Shown: piece after piece, positions 38,612 to 52,959 of the stretch | How positions within the stretch are numbered: position 1 is the first letter of the stretch | How the letters are laid out: every line of letters begins with the position of its first letter | From: Obrimoposthia wandeli | Lineage: Eukaryota | Reading direction: 5' to 3' | DNA length: 64,000 nucleotides | Assembly: GCA_977020255.1 (NCBI GenBank) | Contig: CDROCS010001929.1 | Span: forward strand, 186,001-250,000 | Position numbers and translations under genes: made by a program | The notes under the pieces: generated by a model | What the model saw: only the letters and a program-made list of their open reading frames with translations | Database searches by the model: none | What the model was told of the DNA's origin: nothing

Positions 38612-40378
38612 ATCAAATCTTTGACATTGGATGAGATCAAAGTTCGGTTTGAGGACGCTGTTGAAGATGGATATATCGATTCGACAGAAGTCATTATTAT
38701 TCCTCTCGAAGTGGATGAGTTGACAGACAATGCTGATGACGAATGTACTGCCGAAGCAATAATTGGAGATGTTCCAGATATACTGGAATTGGATGTGAAT
38801 GATTCATTTGGCAGCCAAGTGATAGGTAATGATATTAAATTCAATTTTAATCAATCTATTGAAATCTTAAAAAAACTCCTTAGCATAGAAAAAAAATAAA
38901 GCTTTGTGATTCGGTACCAATATGGAGATATAAGGAACCTAGATATACCAAGGGATATAAACGGGAGGAAACATATAATAATAATTTAACGGACCTGAAA
39001 GAAAAACATGCATTTTCCACCCCAGTTGAATTATTTTCTACGGAAATATATGATTTAATAATAAGAGAAACTGTTAGGTATGCCAAATTATGTTAAAACA
39101 AAAGGATCTTTCAATAAACTTAGAGGACATAAAAAAAAGTATAGGTATACATATAGTTACTGTCAGAACGAAATTACTGGTCAAATGATGAAGATTTTGG
39201 AATACAAGTTGTAAAGAATACTATGACAAGATCCCAATTTTAAACATTGAAAAATATTATATATTTTTGTGAAAATGATGATGCAGAAAACAATAAATAT
39301 GATCGAGGGTTCAAAATCCGAAAACTAATATCAGCAACACAAAAATTTTTAATGAAATTTGGGATGTTTGAAGAGTGTCTTGCAGTGGACGAAATGATTG
39401 TAAAATATTTTGGCCACAATCCTTTAAAGCAGTTTATAAAAGGAAAGCCTGTAAGATTTGTGTACAAACTTTGGGTATTATGTGGTGTGTCTGGCTACTG
39501 TTACACCTTTGATCTTTATTGTGGTAAAGGCGCCACCGATGATGAAAGGGCAGATCTTTTGCTGGGCTCCAAAGTTGTACTAAATATGTTGGATGTAGTA
39601 AAAGTACCACAATCACATACAGTATTTTTTGATAATTTATTCACTGGATATGAATTGTTAGTACACTTTTGCAACCTTGGTTTTCAAGCAACTGTGACAA
39701 TGCGTGAAAATAGATTAAATAATTGTCCGTTGATTGAATCAAAAGAAATGAAAAAACAGAAAAGGGGGTCACTATAGATTTGACTCGAATGAGGAATTTC
39801 TAATTGTTAAATGGCTTGATAACAAATGGGTAATTGTTGGGACTAATTACGACACAGTAGAGCCATTAGGAAAAGTACGTTGGCAAAAAGACATAAAGAT
39901 AAGAGGCTATGTTTCTCAACCAAATACATTGAAAAACTATAATGTTTACATGGGAGGTGTTGACAAACATGATTGGTTAAAAAATAAATACTCAACATCA
40001 ATTCGAGGTAAAAAGTAGTATTGGCCTCTTTTTACTCGTATTATTGATATGGCGGTATAAATTCATGTGTAATTTACAAATTTGTACATGATGATCCATA
40101 AGAATCTATGGATTTGTTGTCTTTTAGAAGAGGTATTACCATGTCATATTTAAAATTGGCAAGTCCTAGATGTCAGCTTGGTTGAAAAAAATCAGTACCC
40201 GGACCATCAAAAAATGAACCAAGTATTCGATTCGACTTCAAAGGTCACATTATAAGAAAACGGGTTCATCAAAGAAGATGTCAAAACAACCCCTGTTCTT
40301 CACGACCAATAACATATTGCTCAAAATGCAATATCACCTTATGTGTCGATTGTTTTTTACCGTACCACAGAATATAAT
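38612..40378 (+). pseudogene. piggyBac (PGBD-like) transposase, frameshifted; first 5 codons at 36350-36364
   Basis: Removing the hAT and one TSD restores MSHLRIKSLTLDEIK. ORFs 38444-38899 and 39247-39777 belong to it. Confidence 0.9.
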
Positions 40379-41221
40379 AGCTCGTCAATACATTTTTTAA
40401 AAATTGGTGTTTTTTGTTTGAATTAACTATACATTTAGTACCTTATTATCCCAGTGATCTCGGTTATTTTTTGAGGTAAATTACTTCTGACTAGTACAAA
40501 ATTTTTATACGCCTTTTAAACTATATTGTTGGAAAAATCTTTAAAAAATCAAAAATTGTGAACCTGGGTTATAATGGGTTAATATAACAGAAATGTATAA
40601 ATTTACAATTATCGATTTTTTATATTAATTACGGAATATATAGCCTGAAAGAAAGAAAGGCGTGAAATTAGCATACTTAACAAATCTACTGAGAAATCCA
40701 AGAAAGTATATTGTTGGTCTCTATGTAAAACATTATTGTCATTTTCTGAAGAGATTTCAAAGACTATTTATATTAGAGGATATTTGATCTATCAGAAGTT
40801 AAATCAACAACATAAAAACGAAGCCAAGAAACCCAAAGAAACACGATTACCATTTGAAGAGCATTTAGACAGACGTACAAATTTTGTTGGAGTAAGGCAG
40901 TTTTATGAGAACTTGCTCCAACTAAATGGATCAAATATTTGTCAATCATAATGGAGGAACTACTCAGATTAACTAGAAGAGTGTGTTAAATAACAAAATG
41001 AAATAGGTGGAAACATGATGGGAAAATATTTAGACTAATGGCAAACAATATATATATATTTTTTTTAAATAAAGAAAAACACACCAAGTTCTAAGCTCCT
41101 ATTCTAATTCATAAAAGTTTAAAGCTATGACATATCTATAAATAATAAGTGACTATTGTTATTATTGAAAAATTGTCACTTTAATCTTAGTAATCACTTA
41201 ACAAATGCAGAGAAGTATAAC

Positions 41222-41482
41222 CTCGTCCGATAGACAGTAGTTGAGAACAAATATAAATATATCAGAGTCCAGCGCTTCTTTCTCCACGCATTTGTTTATT
41301 CTTGTCTTATTGTTGACTCCTGGAGTATCCAGAAGAACCACTTTTTTGCTTTGTAAAATCGGAGATGAGCAATCCTTGATACCAATATAGAGAGTGTCGT
41401 TTGGGTTAAGAGCATCCTTTTCAGAAGCATCTGTCAACTTGTTTAGTCTTGTTGTAAACTCTTCTATGTCCGAGAAGGTCTC
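41222..41482 (-). CDS. Mfn: Mitofusin-like exon with G3 motif (VVLLDTPG)
   Basis: ttgtag acceptor and gttata donor; 261 bp, phase 0 to 0; overlaps ORF 41198-41437. Confidence 0.9.
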
Positions 41483-42049
41483 CTACAAGTTATAAACTGT
41501 CATATATGAATTCTATGTATATATTGATAATGTACAATAAGACTCATGCAAAAGTTAGGAAAATCTCTTTAAACTTCAACAGTCATAATTTTTGATTGTC
41601 ATTTTTGTTTATTTTGAGTTATGCTTGCTACAACATTTACCGCGGTGTTATCGTATTAAATCGCATATATATTCAAACTGGGTTTAATGTCAACGCCAAA
41701 CATTAACATTTTAAAATGTTACCAACAAAAAAAGTGTTGTATATATAGTTTGAGCAGTTTAACTTTCCAACAATTTTACCAGAACAATATGCAGTGTATC
41801 TGAATGACTTAATCTGTATTAACGGTTCAACGAGACTATGTTATATACCTAAATTTGAACATGACAATAACATTTCAATAACTGTTTTTCAATATAGTCC
41901 AAAAAGAGTGCACTCAAGAGTAGTATATAGTGTCGGTGCTAAACCAAAGCGACAAAGCCCCCCGGGGGCACGCTCTGTCGTTTTGATTTAGTCCCAACAC
42001 TATAGTGCCTACAAAAGTCACTTTCTATAAACAGAATGTCGGTAAATTG

Positions 42050-42480
42050 TCTAAAAATTGTTTAAATTGGTTATTTTTTCCCGTTTTCCCGGTTACAAAA
42101 AGGTTCTTCATTACTTCTGGCATAACCAATGATTCACATCTTCACAAAGAAGGCTGACGGATCTTTTAATTTTAAAACATCTGTTATTTTGACAGAACAG
42201 TTCTATATTTGATGGACATCCATGGGTTGGTTTCTGTAATATCCACTGCCACCTTGTCACTTTCTATACCTTTTGAATATTCTCCCATTGCCAGCTTTTG
42301 TTTCCGTTAGTATCTCATCATATACTTCAAGAGGCACGTTGAATTTGCTACGAATTATTTGTCATTTATCTTTTTTCCACTATTTTCATTTAATTCGTAA
42401 TCATTTGTCTGTATGCTTGCTAACACATGCACCATAATCCACCGCAGTTTTGAGGGGAATAAATTCTACTTCGTTGGGTG
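42050..42480 (-). pseudogene. Possible PIF/Harbinger transposase N-terminal fragment
   Basis: RSKFNVPLEVYDEIL..GRIFKRYRK..GSG...VKITDVL loosely resembles the Harbinger N-terminus. Confidence 0.35.
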
Positions 42481-44100
42481 CAGTTTCATAAACTTGTTTC
42501 TCTCTTTTTTGTCGAACGTAACCACATTCACATGATTATATCAGAATAGTTAATATAGCAAATCTGTGTAATTTGAAGCCATAAATCAGTTGATATTTAC
42601 AGTTTAAGATAGAGTAAATGGACCATAATGTCCTAGACACCAGATAGTTTCTTATCATGCAATGCATTCGAGAAATTGTTTCCAGTAGATGGAATTAAAG
42701 AATATCTTCAGTTCTGTGCATCATTTTTACCATATTTATAATTTACCAAAGAAATGAAAATAATAGCAAACAAACTGAAAGCTTTGTAGATAAATTATAA
42801 TACCAAATCTTTAATCACATTGTTTGAATAAAACAAAGTATTCCAACATATTATATTATCATCTTAATACCTACATATTTTATTCAAATTTCTAAATAAT
42901 TTTTAAAATTTATTTTATAAAATAGTAAAATTAAGAGTCTCAAGTGAATAAAAGTTAATAAGAGTTGAAGAGTATAAAAATGAGTAAGAGAGTAAGTTAA
43001 AAAAAGTTAGTAATATCAAATATGTAAAATTTTAGAGTATGATTGAAAGTGTAACCGAGGACGTTAATTAGTATAATAGTTATCTTCACAACAACAACAA
43101 AAATACATATATATATATATATATTTAAATTACCTGATATTTTTGACATTGTCTTTTGAATATTCAATTTATTTCTACAAAATTCATTTTATATATTAAA
43201 CAATATTTCTTTACCACATTATTATAGTTTTTATCAAGTGATTTTTTCTTTAAACTATAATAATATTTTAATTATAAAGTTAGTAGCTGTATCACACCGA
43301 CTGTATATAATCGAAATCTCAAATAGAAGTTACTATTAAGTTTATTCTTTCAAATATTAAAAGTTATTTTATGTTATTTAATTTTGTTTTGTTTACTAGA
43401 CATTCAAAAATTACTTTTAAACATAATATATTTTGCATATATTTAGTTTAATATGTTGTAAGTCATTAGTGTAATATTCCATTACATAAAAAATAATTGA
43501 TAGTTTACTATCGTTTACAATAAATTGAAAATTTATACGTTAATTGAAAACAAATCAGTACTAATTGATTTAAACTAGATTAACTTTGTTTAATCTCGAG
43601 TATATAATATTCTTTGATTTCAATTAATGTAAATTTTAAATATTAATTTGTATTAATGAATTGTAAATTTGTTTTCTCAATTAAAAGTTGAATGATTTCT
43701 CTTTTTAACATAACAATGATAACACAATATATATAGAGAAAAAACGCAAACAACTCTTTACTAATAACCGGTTTCAACATATTATGGTTAGATGTAGTAT
43801 CAAAATAAGATTATCTTGAAGTGCACCACCTATTTGAGTACTTGTTATTGCTTCAAGGCCTACAGTTGATACAAAATCATTATATAATTCATCAACAAGT
43901 AGCTTTTCATGTGTATAAAGTAAATCATTAAAATCTAGAGATTTATTTAAATAGTTATCTAATTCATTATCATCATTTAAATATGTAGTGAATTCAATAT
44001 TAGGAGGAAATATTGGACTGTTGGGACGTGACCAACAATCAACTATTTTAAAATCAAAACTATTATCGAAATTATCAAAACTATCAACTGGAACATTGAA

Positions 44101-44131
<31 letters not shown>

Positions 44132-44169
44132 TTTATTTATATCTTTTTACAACAATTAGTTTTTAAAGA

Positions 44170-44830
44170 TTGGTTAGTTATCTTCCAAGTTCACCGTATA
44201 CATCAAGATATTTTAGTACTGATTTGATATCTAGTAAAGGTGTTTTCCACTATGATTATATTTACAGTGAATCTAAGTTGTATGAAGATAGTTTGCCTCC
44301 AAAATGTGAATTTACTGATAGTGTTACAGATGATAAATATAATTTACCTCATACAATGTGGACAAAACTAGCTTGCACTAATATTAAAGACTATATGATG
44401 GAATATATGCGTCTTGATGTATACTTACTTTGTGATGTATTTGAGGCTTTTAGACAGAAAGGTAGATCTAATGATAATCTTGAAGCTCTTAATTTCTTTA
44501 GTATTCCCGGTTTTAGTTGGTGTAGTGTAGTAAAATCATTTAAAAATAAAGTAGAATTGATACATGATCTGGTAAATGTTTAATCTATTTGAAGCGGATA
44601 TTAGAGGAAGTATGAGTTTTGTTAATAAACATTATTGTAAGTTCTATGATAGTACATCACTTCTATATATATGTGAATAACTTATACGGTGTGCAACCTT
44701 TACCACATATGGAATTTAAATGGATGCATAATAATTTTGATGATATTTGGAATTTAATTGGAAGTGAAAACGATTTGAGTGCAGATTTTGTTTTATTGTT
44801 AGATTAATGCTAGCGACCCTTTATTTTCAT
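44170..44830 (+). pseudogene. Protein-primed DNA polymerase B (Polinton pPolB) fragment
   Basis: KGVFHYDY..KLYEDSLP; YMRLDVYLLCDVFEAFR; FFSIPGFSW; EADIRG; YVNNLYG.QPLP. Confidence 0.9.
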
Positions 44831-44966
44831 AACACATGTAAGTGAAATTTTTTTTTCCAATAAAATAAACTAAATATAGAATAAATAAATAAAAATTCTA
44901 ACATTATATTTGGCGAATAAATAAATAAAGTTTATAATTACCATTATTCTTTAACAGTAATTAGTA

Positions 44967-44992
44967 AGTAGGTGGATGTGTCCGGTCTAATC
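44967..44992 (+). repeat. Solo 26-bp Polinton TIR tip
   Basis: agtaggtggatgtgtccggtctaatc is identical to 2046-2071. Confidence 0.85.
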
Positions 44993-45266
44993 ATGAAATT
45001 GTAATAACTCGTTTTTTATAATATCAATCAGGTATATATACGTTTTAAATAAAGTGATATTTATTTTAAATCTTAGGAAAGAAGGATTTAGAATTTCAAT
45101 TTATTAACTTTAATTAATCTAATTTTATTTATTATTTGACACTTTTATATCACTTTTATTAAAAAATAGTAAACTCAATTTGTTACAAATTGAACTTTAA
45201 AATTACAAGGTCTTTATAATTTAGAAATGATGAGATGATGCTCTGTGATATAACGTGTACACTGTT

Positions 45267-45542
45267 CGAAACAAGTGACATTCGGACCACATATCTCAAA
45301 TATCGTAACAAGTGACATTCGGACCACATATCTCAAATATCAAGTGAACGAAGTGACATAAAATATCAAGTTTATCCACATATGCTCCTTGGTTAAACTT
45401 TCAGTCGTCTATAACATTTTACATATTTGAGTTTTAAAATAATTAGATAAATTTGAATTGGTCGGTTGTACCATTTATATCTCAAATATCGAAACAAGTG
45501 ACATTCGGACCACATATCTCAAATATCGTAACAAGTGACATT
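45267..45542 (+). repeat. 37-bp tandem repeat in two clusters (223-bp higher-order period)
   Basis: Unit cg(a/t)aacaagtgacattcggaccacatatctcaaatat, with copies starting at 45267, 45304, 45490 and 45527 (last one partial). Confidence 0.9.
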
Positions 45543-46851
45543 GATTCCACCTCATGAATGTTCTTCTAGTCCTAAATAATTGAAAGTGTAGCTGACACAT
45601 CTTCGTAAATTGAACTACATAATAAATTTTAATATTACAGTTTTATCATTTTCTGACTGTTATTGAAATTTTGCATATGGATTAAATTGTTTTGTCAATT
45701 CACTACTTCGCTTTTTTTTCATGTGGATATATATTCAGTAAATATTTGTATATAAAATATGTCTTCATGCTAGAATATTTTTTTAAACCAATTGAATTGA
45801 TCTCACAGTTTATAAACAAAACACTTTATAATTGTTAATCTTAATTAATGACTCCATCATAAAAAAAATCAAGGGTTGGCAAAATACATGAGATCTAAAA
45901 TTTTTCAAGTGTATGTAGAAACATACTTTTAAGTTTATATGAGGTCAAAGTTGATTATCGAAAGAATAAATATTCTATATGACCACCATTTAAATAATTT
46001 TAAAAAATAATTAGCTCAAGATAATTTCATTTCATGACTTATAGTAGTATAAACAAAATCGCAAATATTAAATAGGTACTATGATAGCTGTCTGGTAATG
46101 CCGAATAGATTACCTCGGTGGAGATTATGGAAATTTCTTAGGTGTAATATATAGATCATTGAAATAATTTAAAATAATTAAAAATCATATGATTTTGAAA
46201 ATAAAGAAAAAATTAAAATATATTTAAATTGCTTTCAAAATAAACTTTCAGTTTCGTAAAACAAAAAGAAATATTTTGTTCAGTTAAACATAATTATGGT
46301 TCAGTAAAGCAATATAAATATTTTTTTACTTTCAAATTTCATTAAAACATTCAAAAATAGAAGACGCAGAAAATCTCAAGTTTATAACATCCTTAAAACC
46401 AATTCTCCAGAGTAATTGGTTTAGAGTGTGATTTCTCAAACAACAAAACAAGATAACAAAAGATAGCTGCCTTTTATAGTCTATTACAAGAATAAAACGG
46501 CCGATTGTTATTTTATTTGAGAAAGTCCCCATTACACTACAATTGCAATATTTGAATCATCATACACAAAATTAACACGAAAAGAGGAATTATAAAAATC
46601 AAATGGATATCGTATAGAAAAAGCATAAAAATATAAATTGTTGTGTGTGTCATAATCCTATTCAATTCCTTGCATTCGGAATTTACAAAACCTGACATAG
46701 ATTTATATAACAAAACATATTTATTTTTAAACAAGGGTAGTGCGGTGAGATAGATTTATAAATATTGTATCTGGGCTAAAACGAACCCAGGAACTTTGCG
46801 AATTACATGATATTGATTTGCATATTTTATAAAAAATATTGGTTAACTCAC

Positions 46852-46990
46852 ATTTTTATCTTTCCAACGCAAGGAATAGTCATCATCACTTTGTACCTGT
46901 ACGAAACAAGAAGTCCTATGAGCTGTTGATCCCTTGAATATCTTTTCTCCAATAATTGCATTACAAACCTGACTTTTGCCCACACTGGTT
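46852..46990 (-). CDS. Mfn: Mitofusin-like exon with G1 P-loop (TSVGKSQVCNAIIGEK...)
   Basis: ttttcag acceptor and gtgagt donor; 139 bp, phase 2 to 0, open. Confidence 0.9.
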
Positions 46991-47248
46991 CTGAAAATAT
47001 GTAGAAATTTTAAAAAATGTTCAAAATATAATATTAATTAATAAATTATACTGCACATATGTACGGAATTAAAAAATTGCTTTTCTGCATTCATAAAAGA
47101 CAGGTATTTACATCCAAACAAGGGTTATGAACATGGTAAGGTTTGGTTGTAGCTTTCCATCTTTAATCACTTGATTTACTGTTAAAATCGAAGTAAACCT
47201 TTTTCTATTGATGAGTTTGAGGTCATTCATAAAAATATTAAGAACTAT

Positions 47249-50200
47249 AGTAGATGGAACGATGGACTGCGGATCACTTAGTACCCAAATCCCCCTTCCA
47301 TGTGTGCACATATTAACAAGTGAATGTGTGTGCACAAAAACAAGTAACTGTGTAATTATTTCATAACCAGAAGTGACTGTGTATACCGGAATTGATTTTG
47401 TAATCACACTAGGGTGGCTTGCTACACCAAAAGAGTCTGATTGAGAAAGATTATTAAGGTTTGAAGATATGGTTGTGACCGTCTATGGATAATCAACAGA
47501 CCTAAAAGGTTGTGGTCGAACATATATGAAAAGGATCTGGGTGAAAAAAGGTTTTGAAGGTTAGACAGTATGATTGTGCCAGTCTATGGATGGTCAACAC
47601 ATCTTAAGGGTTGTAGTCGACGATAGATGAAAGGGTCAATCTAAAGACAAAATTGTACATATCAAGGTTTCAGTACATAGTTGGGATCATCTTTAGAATT
47701 AGAATTTAACTATAAGGGTATGGTTGAACATAGATGAAAAAGTTAAATAAAAATTGAAATTTTAATATTTCTAGTACATGGTTGTGTTTTTCCTAATATT
47801 GTGTGTTTAACCATGTATAAATTTATTGGTTTTCCACAAGGTAAAGGTTGGATTTGAAACAAACATGATTGTTTTAATACATGGCTGTATGTTGAATAGT
47901 TGATTATTATTAGCAGAAACAAATCAAGAACAGTAAAAGTTTATTAATAAAATAAATTAAATAGGTAGCAATGAGATGACGATGATGGGTGGGCAGAGAA
48001 AGTGGTGAAAGATGAAAGACCTAAAAGTTTATATTGTTTTACTAAGGTGGTCGGAAACCACAGAAAGACGTTAATGTTGTAAAAATGATGATCTAAAAAT
48101 TGTGTCGATTTTTTGATGTTTTTGATTATGTTCAATGAAGAACTTTATGAAGTTTTATTTGTGCTCTACCCTCCGTACCCAAACACTGTATTTGTCTAAC
48201 AAAATATATTTCAAACATACCGTCATGGTCATGCATAAGTTAAGAGGTCTTGGGGAAAAATGAAAATACTTTTAATTTTCAAAAAAAAATATGTTGAATT
48301 TAAATTTGTGCTAAATTAATTGATATTTGCTAAAGTTAAACAAAATTTAATTTATGAGTTTCTTTCTTTTTTACAAAAAGTAAAATTTTAAAGTGTTTTT
48401 ATCTAAAATACAAATTCAGCAAAACGTTTAATAAAAACTCAAAACACTTTATCATTGTTTTGGAAAATACTTGAATTTATGCAAAGTGTTTATAGATTTT
48501 ATTGATGTATTTAAATAATTTAGTTTGAAACAAAATTATCAAACAAATTTGAATTTTACAACAAAACGTTTTAAAATGATATTTTAAAAAGCAATTTTTT
48601 ATATTAAAATTAAAGCAAATATGTTTAATAAAACTCAAAAAAATTTACTATTTTGTGTAAATATTTGAATTTAAGAAACATTTCCATTGATTCTATTGAT
48701 GTAATTAAAATATTGATTTAAAACACAAATAATAAACAAATGTTAATTAGTAATAAAATATTAATGTTCAATTTATTGGGATAAAATGATAAAGAAAACA
48801 TTACAATAATTAACAATTTTGATAAATAATCAATTTACCGCATTTGTTTCTCATAAGTTCCATTGACTTATATATGAAATACTAATATCATTATTGTAAA
48901 ATCTGAGTGCTACTTTAAAAGATATAAAAAGTATTACATTAACTTTTAATATTTGTGAGTTTTATTGTTTACAATTAATGTATTCAAGAAATGTCAAGAA
49001 TTTTATATTTTGGTATTAATTTTAAATAATTTATTAAAATAAAACAATTTACAAATAGTATTTGATCTTTTTTAAAATTACTTCTTGTTCAACAAACAAC
49101 AACTAAAATACACATTTTATTAAAAATAAAAGAATAATACAAAATATTAACCCACTTGTACATGTTTTTTTCTTACCATTCTTGTGTTAAACGATCACAT
49201 CCGTTTTGTTTAATCACTTAAATTTTGATAAAATTTATGAAATTAACAATTAATTAAATTTCCAAGTGTTTATTTATTGTTATCATTGATGTATTTTATT
49301 AAGTGTATATTCGAACACATACATATTTATTATAACTTTAAGTTAAACGTTATATATTTATGAAATTCAAAAAAGCACTCTTTAATGCTACCAATTTATC
49401 TTTTAAAACAATGATGTAAATATTAAAAATAATAATAATTATGAAGTACATTTTAAAAAGAATAAATACAAATTATTGTTTTTACTGAATAATTATAGAA
49501 ATTAATACTAACAATCAATGAATAATACTAGTAATATGATTAAATTTATATTATTTTAGATGTGAAAATCGTATTCAGTAACACTCTTTCTCATTTACTT
49601 ACACTCATACTTACACTGTCACTCTCACTCATTCATATTTGTATTGCAATCACACTTGTACTTGAATTAATTTTCGCTCTCATTTATTCAAACTTACTCT
49701 TAAATTCATTGATACTTTTAATGTTATTCATTCATACTGGTACTTGATTTTATTTGTCCTTGTATATGTATTCTTTCTTACTTGTACTTGTAATTGCAAT
49801 CATTTTAACTTATACTTGCATTCATTTTATTGTACTTGCATTTATTTACATTTACACTTGTAGTAATACATACAATCGATGCTTAATTTTAGTCATTCTC
49901 ACAAGAGACTTTTATATTTTATAAAATCAAAAAATTAATTTAAATACTATGTTGATCATCGAATATGTACATAATTTGATTTATTTACATATAAAACCAT
50001 ATAATTAAAGATTTGGTATATATATATAGACAAAGCTTTCAGTAAACTTTGAAAAACATATGTTTGAAAATTAATTTTTTATATTCGATACCAATAAAAT
50101 ATATATAAATAATAGATTTTGCAGTTTTTTATGTTTAAAGATATTTTTAAATATTTAAAGAAAAAATTAAATAATGATAATATTCACATTATATATATAT

Positions 50201-52078
50201 TTCTGTAATCAAGTTCTTTGAAAATAAAGAATTAAAATTTATCTGATGAAAATCCAACTAAGGAATGTTATAAAACTGCGTGTTAATTAATTTTGATCAT
50301 TGCAACATGTAACATTAAAAATATGTGAAAATAAAAGTAAAAATGTTTAAATTTAAAAACCATGAAAATAAACATATTTGAAAATTCAAGTATGAATGAG
50401 TGAGAGTGACAGTTTAAGTATGAGTGTAAGTAAATGAGAAAGAGAGTGTTACTGAATACGATTTTCACATCTAAAATAATATAAATTTAATCATATTACT
50501 AGTATTATTCATTGATTGTTAGTATTAATTTCTTTAATTATTCAGTAAAAACAATAATTTGTATTTATTCTTTTTAAAATGTACTTCATAATTATTATTA
50601 TTTTTAATATTTACATTATTGTTTTAAAAGATAAATTAGTAACATTAAAGAATGCTTTTTCGAATTTCATAAATATATAACGTTTGTATTAAACAAGAAA
50701 TAATTTAAAAAATTAACTAAAAAATATCATATTATATTTATAAATTGTTTTATTTTAATAAATGATCTATAATTAATACCAAAATATAAAACTCACAAAT
50801 ATTAAAAGTTTATGTAGTAAATTTTATATCTTTTTAAGTAGCACTCAGATTTTACAATAATGATATTAGTATTTCATATATAAGTCAATGGAACTTATGA
50901 GAAACAAATGCGGTAAATTGATTATTTATCAAAATTGTTAATTATTGTAATGTTTTCTTTATCATTTTATCCCAATAAATTGAACATTAATATTTTATTA
51001 CTAATTAACATTTGTTTATTATTTGTGTTTTAAATCAATATTTTAATTACATCAATAGAATCAATGGAAATGTTTCTTAAATTCAAATATTTACACAAAA
51101 TAGTAAATTTTTTTGAGTTTTATTAAACATATTTGCTTTAATTTTAATATAAAAAATTGCTTTTTAAAATATCATTTTAAAACGTTTTGTTGTAAAATTC
51201 AAATTTGTTTGATAATTTTGTTTCAAACTAAATTATTTAAATACATCAATAAAATCTATAAACACTTTGCATAAATTCAAGTATTTTCCAAAACAATAGT
51301 AAAGTATTTTGAGTTTTTATTAAACGTTTTACTAAATTTGTATTTGAAATAATAACAATTTAAAATTTTTCTTTTTGTTAAAAAGATAGAAACTGTTAAA
51401 TTAAAATTTGTTTATTTTTAGCAAATATCAATAAATTAATTTGGCACAAATTTAAATTCAAAATACATTTTTTGAAAATTTAAAGTATTTTAATTTTTCA
51501 CCAAGACCTCTTAACTTATGCATGACCATGGCGGTATGGTTGAACTCTATTTTCTTAAACAATTACAACCATGTTATAAAACAGTCATGTTTGTTTCAAA
51601 TCCAACCCTTAACTTGTGGACAACCAACAAATTTATACATGATTAAACCCACAATATTTTGAAAAACACAACCATGTAGTAGAAATTTTAAAATTCCAAC
51701 TTTTATTTTACTTTTTCATCTATGTTTAACTATACCCTTATAGTTTAATTAGATTTTTAAAAATGATCCGAACTATGTACTCAAACTTTGATATTTACAA
51801 TTTGATTTTGTCTTTAGCTCGACCCTATCATCAACTTCAACCATTTAGATGTGTTGATTATCCATAGACGGTCACAATCATACTATCTAACCTTCATAAC
51901 CTTTTTCAGTAAGACATTTATGGTGTGACAAGTCACCATAGGGTGATTACAAAATCACTTCTGGTATACACAGTCACTTATAGTTATGATGAAATTACTT
52001 TGTTGGTGTGTACACACATTATCTTGTTGTTATATGCACACACGGGGGATGGGAGCGATACTAAGTGATCCACCTACT
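47249..52078. mobile_element. 4.83-kb non-coding foldback element with Polinton-type termini
   Basis: Arms of about 47271-49637 and 50391-52078 are inverted copies. Ends are AGTAG(A/G)TGGA. Flanks are aactat (47243-47248) and aactgt (52079-52084), a 5/6 TSD match. Confidence 0.85.
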
Positions 52079-52959
52079 AACTGTGTGGAAAGAAATGGCA
52101 TTTGTGTATAGAAGAAGACAGTACTTCATTAAACATACATTAGGATTGTAGTGATTTAATAATTTAATTTCGATTTAGCGCAATGTTACTGTTAGCCCCG
52201 AAATAAAATAATACACTTTATATATAATTTCGTAATGAATTTCTGCAAAGAATTTGAATCTTTATTTTATTATTTTAATAAAACCATTGTAATAAATTAT
52301 CATTTTTCGAAAAATGTAAAAATATTATATTTTTAATTAAATATTATTTATGTATATTTGCTTAAATGTAAAACGAATTATTTTTAAGTTTAGATTTGTG
52401 TCTTGCATTTATTGAACTGGTAAAATATTTGAACAATTTGTCTTGTAAATATGTTCTCGCATCGAATAATTATTTACGCCCAAATTAATCCATAAGGTTG
52501 ATCAAATCGTATTTAGAAAATGTTTTATGTATAAAAATGTTTCATTTTATCAGATTTATTCAAAAAACTGCTAAACTAATATAAAAAAATAATAAAATAA
52601 TCTTTTTTCTAATTTTTAAAATGTAATATGTCCAATTTTGCATAAATTTTGAAATAATTATTATTTGTGTAATCATAAAAATCACAATTAATCCTGAACA
52701 AAAACAATTTACTATTTTCAAAATACAAATATTTCAAGTATTCATAATCCAAATCTCTAAGCATAATACAAATATTTATGTTTTCGTTTCATAACGTGAT
52801 TATAAAGATCATAATAAATCACCAACAAAAATGAAAGTACAAAATATATGTAGCTAAAATATACACTATAAAATATCAATTGGCCATCAATGTTTACCTG
52901 ATACACATAATCGTTCAGATGAGTCAGGTGTATTATTTAAAAATAATTTTATTAAAAAT

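Larger units (their letters stand above)
36185..40578 (+). mobile_element. piggyBac transposon (left terminus not found), interrupted by a hAT
   Basis: Right end ...GGG followed by TTAA (40579-40582). Perfect 17-bp inverted repeat at 36195-36211 / 40445-40461. Transposase motifs LAVDEMIVKYFG..KPVRFVYKLW, VFFDNLFT and YMGGVDKHD, plus a Cys-rich C-terminus. Confidence 0.9.

Noticed and set aside
14714-39467. Antisense ORFs 14714-15085, 27570-27890, 38488-38844 and 39240-39467
   Set aside because: They are shadows of integrase or transposase sequence on the opposite strand.
45267-45542. CRISPR-like 37-bp repeats
   Set aside because: The units abut directly with no unique spacers, there are no cas genes, and the context is eukaryotic.
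49562-50468. Paired ORFs beginning MKIVFSNTL on opposite strands
   Set aside because: They are mirror images from the foldback arms, low complexity and with non-ATG starts.
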